A stretch of 64,000 bases of DNA from Oscillospiraceae bacterium (GTDB taxonomy: Bacteria > Bacillota_I > Bacilli_A > RF39 > UBA660): contig CAVGWA010000005.1 of NCBI GenBank assembly GCA_963632935.1, forward strand, positions 610 through 64,609. The letters run 5' to 3'. The notes under the pieces were generated by a model. The model had not been told where the DNA came from, did no database searches, and saw only the letters and a list, made by a program, of their open reading frames with translations. The position numbers were made by a program, and so were the translations under genes. Numbering within the stretch: the stretch's first letter is position 1; each line of letters begins with the position of its first letter. Positions 55,989 through 64,000 of this stretch are shown piece after piece.

Positions 55989-56648
55989 TTAAGCAAGTTT
56001 TGATATATATAAAAATGCATTAGTATCTGGGGCAGTTGTTAGTTCTGATGCCTTTCTTGTCTTAACAACTAGGTTTATAATATCTCCTTTTTTAGCTCTA
56101 GTAACTGCCATACTGTGGAAATCGGTATCATTATTTACTATAACATCTTTACTAACTTCCGAACCTTCAACAAATTCACCGTTTAACCATATTTCAGTGA
56201 ATAAAGCTGTTTGAACAGAAGAAGAAGCCGAAAAAAAGTATTCTATTTTATATATGCCATCTTCATTAATTGTAAAAGCATTTCCTGTATTAATTATTCC
56301 TATTACTTCACCAGTTCTATTTAATTCAACTTCTTTAAATGTATCATCTTCTAAGTTCATTATATTTCCAGCATCACTAAATTTATATCCAAATACACTA
56401 CGTGGCAAAGGTCCAGTTGGTCCTGTTGGGCCAATACTTCCTTTTGGAATTTTAAAATCTAAAATATGAGTTTTATCTATTAATGTATCTATAACTACAG
56501 CTTCTGTGTCTGGTTCTGTTGTTTCCGTTTTTCTTACTTTAATACTTTCAGATTCTCCTACTGGTCCAGTTGGACCAATATTACCATATTTTTCTTTACA
56601 TTTTTTTCCTTCTATTAAAATATCATCAATTTTTTTTGAATATTTCAT
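55989..56648 (-). CDS. BclA-like spore-surface protein: two mini collagen-like (GXY)4 runs plus a C-terminal beta-rich (C1q/TNF-like?) domain
   Basis: GNIGPTGPVGES (residues 22-33; DNA 56550-56585) and GSIGPTGPTGPL (residues 70-81; DNA 56406-56441). GPT triplets are the hallmark of Bacillus/Clostridium exosporium collagen-like proteins. The C-terminal roughly 135 aa is beta-strand-rich. Confidence 0.55.
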   Translation of the reverse strand: MKYSKKIDDILIEGKKCKEKYGNIGPTGPVGESESIKVRKTETTEPDTEAVVIDTLIDKTHILDFKIPKGSIGPTGPTGPLPRSVFGYKFSDAGNIMNLEDDTFKEVELNRTGEVIGIINTGNAFTINEDGIYKIEYFFSASSSVQTALFTEIWLNGEFVEGSEVSKDVIVNNDTDFHSMAVTRAKKGDIINLVVKTRKASELTTAPDTNAFLYISKLA

Positions 56649-56726
56649 ATATCATTCCCCTCGTATTATTATATGTTTTATGTATAGTTTTAATAATTTA
56701 ATTCAAAATAAATTTAGGTGAAATGT

Positions 56727-57197
56727 ATGATAACTTATTTATTAGTTTTTATTTTTAAAATTATAGAAGATGCATTAGCTACATTAAGAATAATTGTTGT
56801 TAGTAATGGTAAAAAAAAATTAGGAGCTTTTTTACAATTCATCGTTACTTTGATATGGATTATTTTAACAGGAACTGTTTTATTTAATTTACAAAAGGAT
56901 ATATTTAAAGCGATTGCCTTCGCTTTTGGTTCCTTTTTCGGTTCGTATTGTGGGAGTTTATTAGAAGAAAAAATAGCTTTAGGTACAAATATAATTATGG
57001 TAGAAGTTAATAATGATGATGCGAATGCTATTATTAAAAAATTAAAAGATTATAATATTTTAAAAATATTAAATAACAATAATACAATTTTAATAATTAC
57101 ATGTCCTAGAAAAGAGAATGATAAAATACTTTTTACAATTAAGTGCATTGAGGATAAAGCTTTTATATTAAGTGAAAAAGTTAAGGTTTTTTTATAA
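56727..57197 (+). CDS. UPF0316 family membrane protein (YebE-like; DUF2179 C-terminal domain)
   Basis: The start is set at ATG 56727 after a TAGGTGA SD. The N-terminus has TM helices (IFKIIEDALATLRIIVVSNGKKKLGAFLQFIVTLIWII), and a small soluble C-terminal domain follows. Confidence 0.7.
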   Translation: MITYLLVFIFKIIEDALATLRIIVVSNGKKKLGAFLQFIVTLIWIILTGTVLFNLQKDIFKAIAFAFGSFFGSYCGSLLEEKIALGTNIIMVEVNNDDANAIIKKLKDYNILKILNNNNTILIITCPRKENDKILFTIKCIEDKAFILSEKVKVFL

Positions 57198-57789
57198 AAT
57201 TATATATTAATTTACAGTTGTCTGTTATAAAATTATCATTTTTATTTTTTATATTTTCTAATTTATTTACCGTCCATTTAAAAGTTTCTTTATTTGATAA
57301 TTTATTGCATAAATAATTTATTGAATTAAAGTCAAATTCATTGTTTATATACTTTGTATTTATTTTTATCCCTATAATTAATCCACATTTTATTTTATAA
57401 TTTTCTTTTAAATGCTTTAGTAATTTATAATTAAATGAACAAATGTAAATATTTAAATTATATTTTGATATTGTTTTAATAATTACTTTTGATATTCTTT
57501 TAATATTATTATCACACTTTATTTCTATCATTATTATTTTATTTGTTTTTATTTTATTTAATACTTCGCTTAAAGTATTCAAACCTAATTGTCTTAATTT
57601 TTTTGAATTTTCTTTTTTAATTAATTTTCCTTTATAAAATGGATCGTGGTTTAAAATTAATTTATTATCTTTAGTTAATCTTACATCAATTTCTATTCCA
57701 TCAACATAATATTTACTTAAACTATTTAAAATAGCTTCTATACTATTTTCTCTATGAATATTATCATTAGCTCTATGGGCAATTATCAT
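57181..57789 (-). CDS. Glycerophosphodiester phosphodiesterase family protein (short)
   Basis: Motifs: MIIAHRANDN..ENSIEA and GIEIDVRLTKDNKLILNHD. Confidence 0.75.
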   Translation of the reverse strand: MIIAHRANDNIHRENSIEAILNSLSKYYVDGIEIDVRLTKDNKLILNHDPFYKGKLIKKENSKKLRQLGLNTLSEVLNKIKTNKIIMIEIKCDNNIKRISKVIIKTISKYNLNIYICSFNYKLLKHLKENYKIKCGLIIGIKINTKYINNEFDFNSINYLCNKLSNKETFKWTVNKLENIKNKNDNFITDNCKLIYNFIKKP

Positions 57790-57818
57790 ATTTTAAATAT
57801 ATTAAAAACAAAAGGATT

Positions 57819-58505
57819 TTATACCCTTTTGTTCATAAATGGTTTAACTTTTTTATAAACTAGTTCACTAATTTCAGCTATACTTTTAGGATTTTCATTT
57901 TCAAAACATTCTATAGTTTCAAATTTATATTTTTGTGCAAGTTCTAAATATGCTTGTTCCGCATTTTTTAAATGATTAATATCTTTTTCATGTTCGTCAG
58001 CTTTTTCTTTTCTGTTTGCTTTTAATTTTTCAGCTATTAATACAGGCATATGAAGAAATATAGTTAAATCTGGCTTTGGTAATTCCATTAAATCAAATTC
58101 TAATTTATCTAACCAATTATACATTTCATTTCTTTCAGTTTTATTTTTTATTTTTCCACCTTGATGAGCCATATTAGAATAAATATATCTATCTAAAATA
58201 ACATTATATCCTTGATTTAATAGAAAATTTATTTTATCAATGTTATATTTTCTATCAGCAGCATAATAAAGTGATGCAACTTTTGGATCAACGTTAGTAG
58301 GTCCTTCTTCAAAATAACATTTATCAAAATTTTCTTTTCCTAAATATGGTCCCCCTATAATTTTTCCTGTTGGTGAATTATAATTTGGAAATGAAAAGTT
58401 TTGTACTTGATATCCTTCTTCTCTTAATTTTTTTATTAATAAATTAGTTTGTGTTTCTTTGCCTGAACAATCAGTTCCTTCAATTGTGATTAATTTTCCT
58501 TTCAT
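57819..58505 (-). CDS. tmk: Thymidylate (dTMP) kinase
   Basis: P-loop ITIEGTDCSGKETQ, the DRY motif region ILDRYIYSNMAHQG, and a LID-like region. Confidence 0.88.
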   Translation of the reverse strand: MKGKLITIEGTDCSGKETQTNLLIKKLREEGYQVQNFSFPNYNSPTGKIIGGPYLGKENFDKCYFEEGPTNVDPKVASLYYAADRKYNIDKINFLLNQGYNVILDRYIYSNMAHQGGKIKNKTERNEMYNWLDKLEFDLMELPKPDLTIFLHMPVLIAEKLKANRKEKADEHEKDINHLKNAEQAYLELAQKYKFETIECFENENPKSIAEISELVYKKVKPFMNKRV

Positions 58506-58516
58506 ATATTTCTCCT

Positions 58517-59533
58517 TTACTGAGCTAATGGAAATCTAATCTTCCCATGATGTTTATAATTTAATACTTTAACATCTTTACATTCTTTGGAATTATCAAA
58601 TTTAAAGAAATCATTAACTTCTGGATTAAGCCATAACTCTGGTGCTTTTAAATCTTCAAGTTCTTCTCCGCGACAAATTTGCTCTTTTATACCATCAATT
58701 TGATTTACATATATATGTGCATCTTTAATACTCCAATCTAAAGAACCTGGAGTTAAATTTGTAACTTGTGCAAGCATATTTAGCAGTACTGCATATTGTG
58801 TGACATTAAATGGAAGACCTAGTGGCACATCACAACTACGTTGATGAACCCAAGCATTTAATTTACCATCCGCAACATCCCATTCACTAGACCAAACGCA
58901 TGATGGTAAAACTGCTGTATTTATATAATCATCTTGCCAAAGACTAATAACATTTCTTCTATCAGATTGATTTTCTTTTAAATTAATAATTAAATTTTGA
59001 ATAGATTGAAATTTTCCAACAATATATCCATATGCTGTTCCAATTGTATGGGCATATTTTTTTCCATAAAATTTTGCCTTTTTAATATTTCTACCATTTT
59101 TTAAGCTTTTAGCAGTCATTATATTATTTTTCATTTGTTTAAATTGCATATTATCATTGTGCTGATGCTTTGGAATACTATAAACATCTAAAACAGAAAC
59201 TTCTTTATTTTCATCATATGGTGCTTTTTCTGATTCATATATACGGTAAATTCCATCTTCATCTATTTCCCACTCATCCCATATATGAACGTTTCTTTCT
59301 TGAAGCCATCTAACATCATTACTTTGTGCTTGATAAATCCAAAGCATTTCTAAAACTGCTTGCCTTATAAATAATTGTTTTGTTGTTAGAATTGGAAATT
59401 CTTCATCTAAATTAAATTTAAAATGATAAGATGGAATTTTTATTGTGTTTATTCCCGTTCTATTTTCAACTTCATATCCATTTGTTAATATTTCTTTACA
59501 TAATTCTAAATATTCTTTATCCCATTTAGCCAT
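58517..59533 (-). CDS. thyA: Thymidylate synthase, ThyA type (B. subtilis ThyA-like) with a roughly 68-aa insertion
   Basis: Motifs: NRTGINT, FPILTTKQ, HIWDEW, SDRRNVISLWQ, active-site LPSCVW, HQRSCDVPLGLPFNVTQYAVLL and DAHIYVNQ. An extra segment spans residues 95-162 (DNA 59048-59251). Confidence 0.88.
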   Translation of the reverse strand: MAKWDKEYLELCKEILTNGYEVENRTGINTIKIPSYHFKFNLDEEFPILTTKQLFIRQAVLEMLWIYQAQSNDVRWLQERNVHIWDEWEIDEDGIYRIYESEKAPYDENKEVSVLDVYSIPKHQHNDNMQFKQMKNNIMTAKSLKNGRNIKKAKFYGKKYAHTIGTAYGYIVGKFQSIQNLIINLKENQSDRRNVISLWQDDYINTAVLPSCVWSSEWDVADGKLNAWVHQRSCDVPLGLPFNVTQYAVLLNMLAQVTNLTPGSLDWSIKDAHIYVNQIDGIKEQICRGEELEDLKAPELWLNPEVNDFFKFDNSKECKDVKVLNYKHHGKIRFPLAQ

Positions 59534-59534
59534 A

Positions 59535-60116
59535 TTATTCCTCTATTTCATTATCAACAAACTTTATATCCAAAAATTTTCTACTAGCAAGAAAATCACA
59601 CATATGAACAAATCTTTGATATTTATTTTTAGGAATTGGCAAAACAACATCACTATATGGATTTGTATTCCAACTACCCATGTGTGATGAAATCACACTT
59701 GCTATAAAATTTATTTCATTTTCTGAAAATGATAATTTATCTTTATTTTCTTTAATGTAATTAGCCATTAAAATAGGGTGATCAAATCTAACATATTTTT
59801 CTTTTGTAAGGCCATGTTTTAGTCCATCGTGCATAATTAATGCGATTAACATTAAATCTTTTTCATTATTCATAAATGAATAACCTATAACATCGTCTTC
59901 TAATATTTCATGAGCTATTTTAACGGCTGCTTTAGTATGTCTTACTAACCCACCTTCATTTAAGGCAAATGAAGGATGATACTTTCCTGTAGAACTTGCA
60001 GCTACTTCATAAAAATAGTCTGGTAGCAGTTCTATTAATTCTGCTGCTGCTTTTTTATATTTTTCATTTTTTATGTACGTAAGTTCTTTTTCAAATGCAT
60101 TTTTCATATTCATCAC
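59535..60116 (-). CDS. HD-domain phosphohydrolase-like protein
   Basis: The motifs are GKYHP..., LVRHT and IALIMHDGLKHG (HD motif). Confidence 0.75.
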   Translation of the reverse strand: MMNMKNAFEKELTYIKNEKYKKAAAELIELLPDYFYEVAASSTGKYHPSFALNEGGLVRHTKAAVKIAHEILEDDVIGYSFMNNEKDLMLIALIMHDGLKHGLTKEKYVRFDHPILMANYIKENKDKLSFSENEINFIASVISSHMGSWNTNPYSDVVLPIPKNKYQRFVHMCDFLASRKFLDIKFVDNEIEE

Positions 60117-60137
60117 CTATAATAAGAATATCACAAA

Positions 60138-61220
60138 CTAATGTTTGTGTAAAGAAATATCAACAAAATTTAATAAAATTTCATTTGATACATATATATA
60201 TTTAGGATTAATATATATATTTGTTTGATTTTCTTTCAATATTTTATTTTTTAATAATTCTTCTACTTTTTGTATTTCTTTTATATTTTTTTTATACTTT
60301 TTAAAAAATATTTGTTTATTTATACCATTTATTTTTCTAAGACCTAATATAAATTCATTTTGAAGTTTTTCATCTATAGTAAGTACATGGGATTCTAATT
60401 TATAATTTTCTTTTAAATAATTAGATAAGCTCCTAGTATTTTCATATCTTACATTATTTAAATAACCTGAAGCCCCTAAGCCAAAACCATAATAATTTTC
60501 ATTGTTCCAATATACTAAATTATGCTTCGATTCATAATTTTTTTTTGAAAAATTTGAAAATTCATATTGATGATATCCACTTTGTTTTAATTTTTGTATT
60601 ATAAAATCATACATTTTTCTTTCATTATCATCAGATTGTGATTGATAATTTTCTATATATAATTTTGTGTTTTTTTCTATAATTAAACAGTATGTTGAAA
60701 TATGCGTGGGATTTAATTTTAATATTTTATTAATATCGTCATTTAAATCATTTAAATTTTGATTATTAAATCCATACATTAGGTCAATATTTATATTTTT
60801 AAAATGTTTAAATGCCTGTTTTATATTATTAATATTTAATTTTCTATTTAATAATTTTAAATTATTTTTATTAAATGTTTGAACACCTATACTTAATCTA
60901 TTTACTTTATTTTTTAAATATAAAATTTTATCTATAGTTAAATCTTCACTGTTAGATTCAAATGTTATTTCAGCATTTTCATTCAAATTAAATATGCTTA
61001 TGATTTCAAACAGTTTTTTTAATTGATTTAAATTAAGTACACTTGGAGTTCCACCGCCTATATAAATATTATTTATTTTTTCTCCTTTATAATTTATTTC
61101 TACTTCTTTTTTCAAAGCCGATAAATATTCATCTATCCATATTTGATTTTTTAAAAGTTTACAAAAATCACAATAAGAACAAATTGATAAACAAAATGGA
61201 ATATGAATATAAATACTCAT
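60138..61220 (-). CDS. hemW: Radical SAM heme chaperone HemW (oxygen-independent coproporphyrinogen-III-oxidase-like)
   Basis: YIHIPFCLSICSYCDF (CxxxCxxC), GGGTPS and an HemN_C-like C-terminus. It is downstream of lepA, as in many Firmicutes. Confidence 0.88.
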   Translation of the reverse strand: MSIYIHIPFCLSICSYCDFCKLLKNQIWIDEYLSALKKEVEINYKGEKINNIYIGGGTPSVLNLNQLKKLFEIISIFNLNENAEITFESNSEDLTIDKILYLKNKVNRLSIGVQTFNKNNLKLLNRKLNINNIKQAFKHFKNINIDLMYGFNNQNLNDLNDDINKILKLNPTHISTYCLIIEKNTKLYIENYQSQSDDNERKMYDFIIQKLKQSGYHQYEFSNFSKKNYESKHNLVYWNNENYYGFGLGASGYLNNVRYENTRSLSNYLKENYKLESHVLTIDEKLQNEFILGLRKINGINKQIFFKKYKKNIKEIQKVEELLKNKILKENQTNIYINPKYIYVSNEILLNFVDISLHKH

Positions 61221-61600
61221 AACTGTTTTCCTTTTCTTTTTTCTTTTATTTCACTATGTAATTGACCCATTTCTTTATTAATTATGTCATATTCTGTAGA
61301 ATTTCCAAACAAATAAGTCTTTAATCTAGAATAATTTCTTCTTGTTGTACCTATTTGATTATAGTCTAAAAATTTCAGATCAATAGTATGGAGTTGTCTC
61401 AGTTTAATTTTTCCCTTTAAAAATAATTCTACTCTTAAATCAATTTCGTTTTTTAATTTTATATTTTCATCTGAAATACTTTCGGTATTAATTTTTTCTG
61501 AATAATTGTTTGCATCCGAATTTTCATTAATTGTATCAGAATTATCAGGTATTGTGTTTGATAAATCTGGTATAACATTTTTTATTTCACTATTTTTCAT
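61217..61600 (-). CDS. Hypothetical protein inserted between lepA and hemW
   Basis: The start is set at ATG 61600, 1 nt after the lepA stop (the ORF track starts at 61618, inside lepA). The N-terminal half is Asn/Asp/Ser-rich and low-complexity (IPDLSNTIPDNSDTINENSDA), and the C-terminal half is basic. There is a 4-nt overlap with hemW. Confidence 0.45.
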   Translation of the reverse strand: MKNSEIKNVIPDLSNTIPDNSDTINENSDANNYSEKINTESISDENIKLKNEIDLRVELFLKGKIKLRQLHTIDLKFLDYNQIGTTRRNYSRLKTYLFGNSTEYDIINKEMGQLHSEIKEKRKGKQL

Positions 61601-61601
61601 A

Positions 61602-63404
61602 TTATTTACCTTCTTCATCTAATTTTAAAACAGCTAAAAATGCAGAACTTGGTAGTTCAACATTACCTACCATTTTCATTCTTTTTTTACCTTCTTTTTG
61701 CTTTTCTAATAATTTTCTTTTCCTTGTAATATCGCCACCATAACATTTAGCTAAAACATTTTTTCTTAAAGCTTTTATGTCAGCTCTAGCTATTACTTTA
61801 GAACCTATTACTGATTGAATAGGTACTTCAAATAATTGTCTTGGAATTATTTCTTTTAATTTTTCTACTATTGCTTTTCCTCTTGTATATGCAAAATTTT
61901 TATGAACAATTATACTTAATGCATCAATTACCTCACCATTTAATAATATATCCATTTTAACTAAATCACTAGGTTTATAACCTATTAATTCATAGTCAAA
62001 TGAGGCATATCCTTTTGTTGAACTTTTTAATTTGTCAAAAAAATTATAAACTATTTCTGATAAAGGTATTTCATAGTGAATATTAACTCTTGTTTCACTA
62101 ATATATTCCATGTTTATATATATTCCCCTTTTATTTTGACATAATTCCATTATTGGTCCTATATAATTTGTTGGAACATATATATTTGTTTTTACATATG
62201 GTTCTTCTACTTGTTTTATTTTTTGTCTATCAGGCATTTTAGCTGGACTATCAATGTAAATTACTTCATTATCTGTTTTTGTTATTTTATAAATTACAGA
62301 AGGACTTGTCGCAATATGATCTAAATTGAATTCTCTTTCTAGCCTTTCTTGTATTATTTCCATGTGAAGTAAACCTAGAAAACCACATCTAAAACCAAAA
62401 CCTAAAGCTTTTGATGTTTCTGGTTCAAATTCTAAAGCAGAATCATTTAATTTTAATTTTTCTAAAGCTTCTCTTAATTCTGGATATTTATTTGTTTCTA
62501 TTGGATATAATCCACAAAATACCATTGGTTTCATTGGTTTATAACCCGGGAGGCTTTCTTCAGCTGGGTTATTTTCTAAAGTAATAGTATCTCCTACTTT
62601 AATATCACTGATACTTTTTATACTAGCACATAAGTAACCAACTTCACCACAGGATAAAGATGTTTTTTTCTCTAAATGTGGATTACTTACACCAAGTTCC
62701 GTTACTTCATAGACTGCATTTACTTTCATAAATTTTATTTTGTCTTTTAATTTAATACTACCACTTTTAATTCTAACTAAAACCACAACACCTTTATATG
62801 AATCAAAATGACTATCAAATACTAGTGCTTTTAATTTGTCATTTGTATTACTTTCTGGTGATGGTATTCTTTCAATTACAGCTTCTACTAATTCTTTTAT
62901 TCCTTGTCCTGTTTTAGCACTTGTTAAAATTATTTCATCTTCTTTAAATCCTAATGTTTCTAACTCTTTTTTTACTTTTGGAATATCTGCATTCGGAAGA
63001 TCTATTTTATTTATTACTGGTATTATTTTTAAGTCATTTTCTATAGCTAAATATACATTGGCAAGAGTTTGAGCTTCTATTCCTTGTGCGGCATCTACTA
63101 CCAATATTGCACCCTCACAAGCTGCTAGACTTCTAGATACTTCATATGAAAAATCTACATGACCTGGAGTATCAATTAAATGCATTATATAATCTTCATT
63201 TTTATAATTATAATGAAGCTGGACAGCATTTAATTTTATCGTTATTCCTCTTTCTCTTTCAATGTCCATATTATCTAATAATTGGTCTTTTTTTTCTCTT
63301 TCACTAATAGCACCTGTTAGTTCTAATATTCTATCGGCAATTGTGCTTTTTCCATGATCTATATGGGCTATTATTGAAAAGTTTCTGATGTTTTTTTGAT
63401 TCAT
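61602..63404 (-). CDS. lepA: Translation elongation factor 4 (LepA)
   Basis: The start is set at ATG 63404 ([21 protein letters not shown]). [13 protein letters not shown] and the LepA-specific C-terminal domain are present. Confidence 0.97.
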   Translation of the reverse strand: MNQKNIRNFSIIAHIDHGKSTIADRILELTGAISEREKKDQLLDNMDIERERGITIKLNAVQLHYNYKNEDYIMHLIDTPGHVDFSYEVSRSLAACEGAILVVDAAQGIEAQTLANVYLAIENDLKIIPVINKIDLPNADIPKVKKELETLGFKEDEIILTSAKTGQGIKELVEAVIERIPSPESNTNDKLKALVFDSHFDSYKGVVVLVRIKSGSIKLKDKIKFMKVNAVYEVTELGVSNPHLEKKTSLSCGEVGYLCASIKSISDIKVGDTITLENNPAEESLPGYKPMKPMVFCGLYPIETNKYPELREALEKLKLNDSALEFEPETSKALGFGFRCGFLGLLHMEIIQERLEREFNLDHIATSPSVIYKITKTDNEVIYIDSPAKMPDRQKIKQVEEPYVKTNIYVPTNYIGPIMELCQNKRGIYINMEYISETRVNIHYEIPLSEIVYNFFDKLKSSTKGYASFDYELIGYKPSDLVKMDILLNGEVIDALSIIVHKNFAYTRGKAIVEKLKEIIPRQLFEVPIQSVIGSKVIARADIKALRKNVLAKCYGGDITRKRKLLEKQKEGKKRMKMVGNVELPSSAFLAVLKLDEEGK

Positions 63405-63450
63405 GTATATCACCGATTTAATTATATCAAAAAAAAAAGTAATACGCTAC

Positions 63451-63900
63451 TTACCATTTGAATTTACAATCTAAAGTTTTTCCTGCTTTTTGGTTGCATG
63501 CATACAAACCAAATTTTAAATCTTTAACTTCTATTTCACCATCTGTATTTATTACTACTTTACCACTAGATGCTTGTTTTCCTTCAATTTTTATTTTAAC
63601 TGTATTAGGTATTGTATATTCTCTTCCATCTTCATAAAGTGTATATTTTCCATGTTTATATTCAACGGTAAAAGGCAGAGCAACATCATCTCTTAAATTA
63701 ATAGATGCATACATGTCTTTTACAGTAGAAATGGTACCCTCTGTATTTAATTTTGCTGAATTATACATAGTAGTTGATACTATTTTAGTAAATGAAGGTG
63801 TTAATATTATTAAGATTATAAATAACATTAATATGACTAGTCCATATTCTATCATTTGTATTCTTTTACTATCTTCATTGACTTCTTTCATCGCACCCAT
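63451..63900 (-). CDS. Hypothetical secreted/anchored protein with a Flp/pilin-like N-terminal segment (IEYGLVI)
   Basis: AAGGGG SD. The N-terminus ...SKRIQMIEYGLVILMLFIILIILTP contains an EY plus hydrophobic helix as in Flp/TadE-type pilins, but has no Gly at -1. The C-terminal roughly 110 aa is beta-rich. Confidence 0.45.
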   Translation of the reverse strand: MGAMKEVNEDSKRIQMIEYGLVILMLFIILIILTPSFTKIVSTTMYNSAKLNTEGTISTVKDMYASINLRDDVALPFTVEYKHGKYTLYEDGREYTIPNTVKIKIEGKQASSGKVVINTDGEIEVKDLKFGLYACNQKAGKTLDCKFKW

Positions 63901-64000
63901 ATTTCATACCCCTTTATGCTAATAATATATCATAAAATTTAATGTCATACAATAGTCAGTTTTAATATGATAGTGTAAAATGGGATAGTGTAACAATTTA

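Noticed and set aside
57819-60116. The thyA-tmk-HD cluster as a phage-derived thymidine-hypermodification module (dUMP hydroxymethylase plus hmdUMP kinase).
   Set aside because: The ThyA homologue keeps standard catalytic residues and closely follows the chromosomal B. subtilis ThyA pattern. The neighbours are core genes (hemW, lepA, GDPD) and no phage genes are present.
1-64000. An alternative genetic code (TGA read as Trp, Mollicutes-like), given the very low GC and small genes.
   Set aside because: Long conserved genes are intact under code 11, Trp is encoded by TGG at conserved positions, and TGA serves as a genuine stop (for example the PASTA gene at 27628-27630).
1-64000. tRNA, rRNA, CRISPR arrays, riboswitches and T-box leaders.
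   Set aside because: All intergenic gaps are under 600 bp. Read by eye, none shows cloverleaf-type G/C-rich stems, regularly spaced repeats or a long structured leader. A covariance-model scan (Infernal/Rfam, tRNAscan) would be needed for certainty.

Overview
This is an AT-rich window (roughly 25-30% G+C by eye) from an endospore-forming Bacillota chromosome; Erysipelotrichia- or Clostridia-like is an inference only. It is densely coding, and about 90% of genes are on the minus strand. All homology calls come from motifs recognised by eye in the supplied translations; no searches or alignments were run.

Core content:
- Replication, translation and GTPases: dnaE, rpmB, rpmF, obg, lepA.
- Cell division and wall: a truncated dcw block (murG-divIB-ftsA-ftsZ) and a RodA/FtsW-family gene.
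- Sporulation and germination: spo0A, SpoVID-like plus CotS/YsxE-like genes, a gerA-type operon, and a BclA-like collagen-repeat protein.
- Central metabolism: gap, pgk, tpiA, pyk.
- Nucleotide metabolism: thyA, tmk.
- Other: clpP, hemW, sodA, oleate hydratase with a TetR regulator, a two-component system, and a BceAB/MacB-like ABC transporter.

I found no tRNA, rRNA or CRISPR array.

Most notable observations:
1. Six type IV pilin-like genes sit at five loci wedged between housekeeping genes, with no pilus assembly genes in the 64 kb. One is a roughly 1,140-aa pilin-adhesin. Another is the first gene of a pgk / membrane-glycolipid / tpiA operon.
2. A 160-bp direct duplication of the rodA promoter and 5' end brackets a 319-bp insert that has inverted-repeat ends.
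3. An orphan ClpX/HslU-like AAA+ ATPase lacks the zinc-binding domain, the I-domain and the internal IGF loop.
4. A textbook MerR-type promoter with a 19-bp spacer drives a dxs-like / merR / cupin / flavodoxin operon.
5. A membrane-anchored PTS EIIB-like domain has lost its active-site cysteine.
6. Several palindromes and direct repeats sit at promoters.
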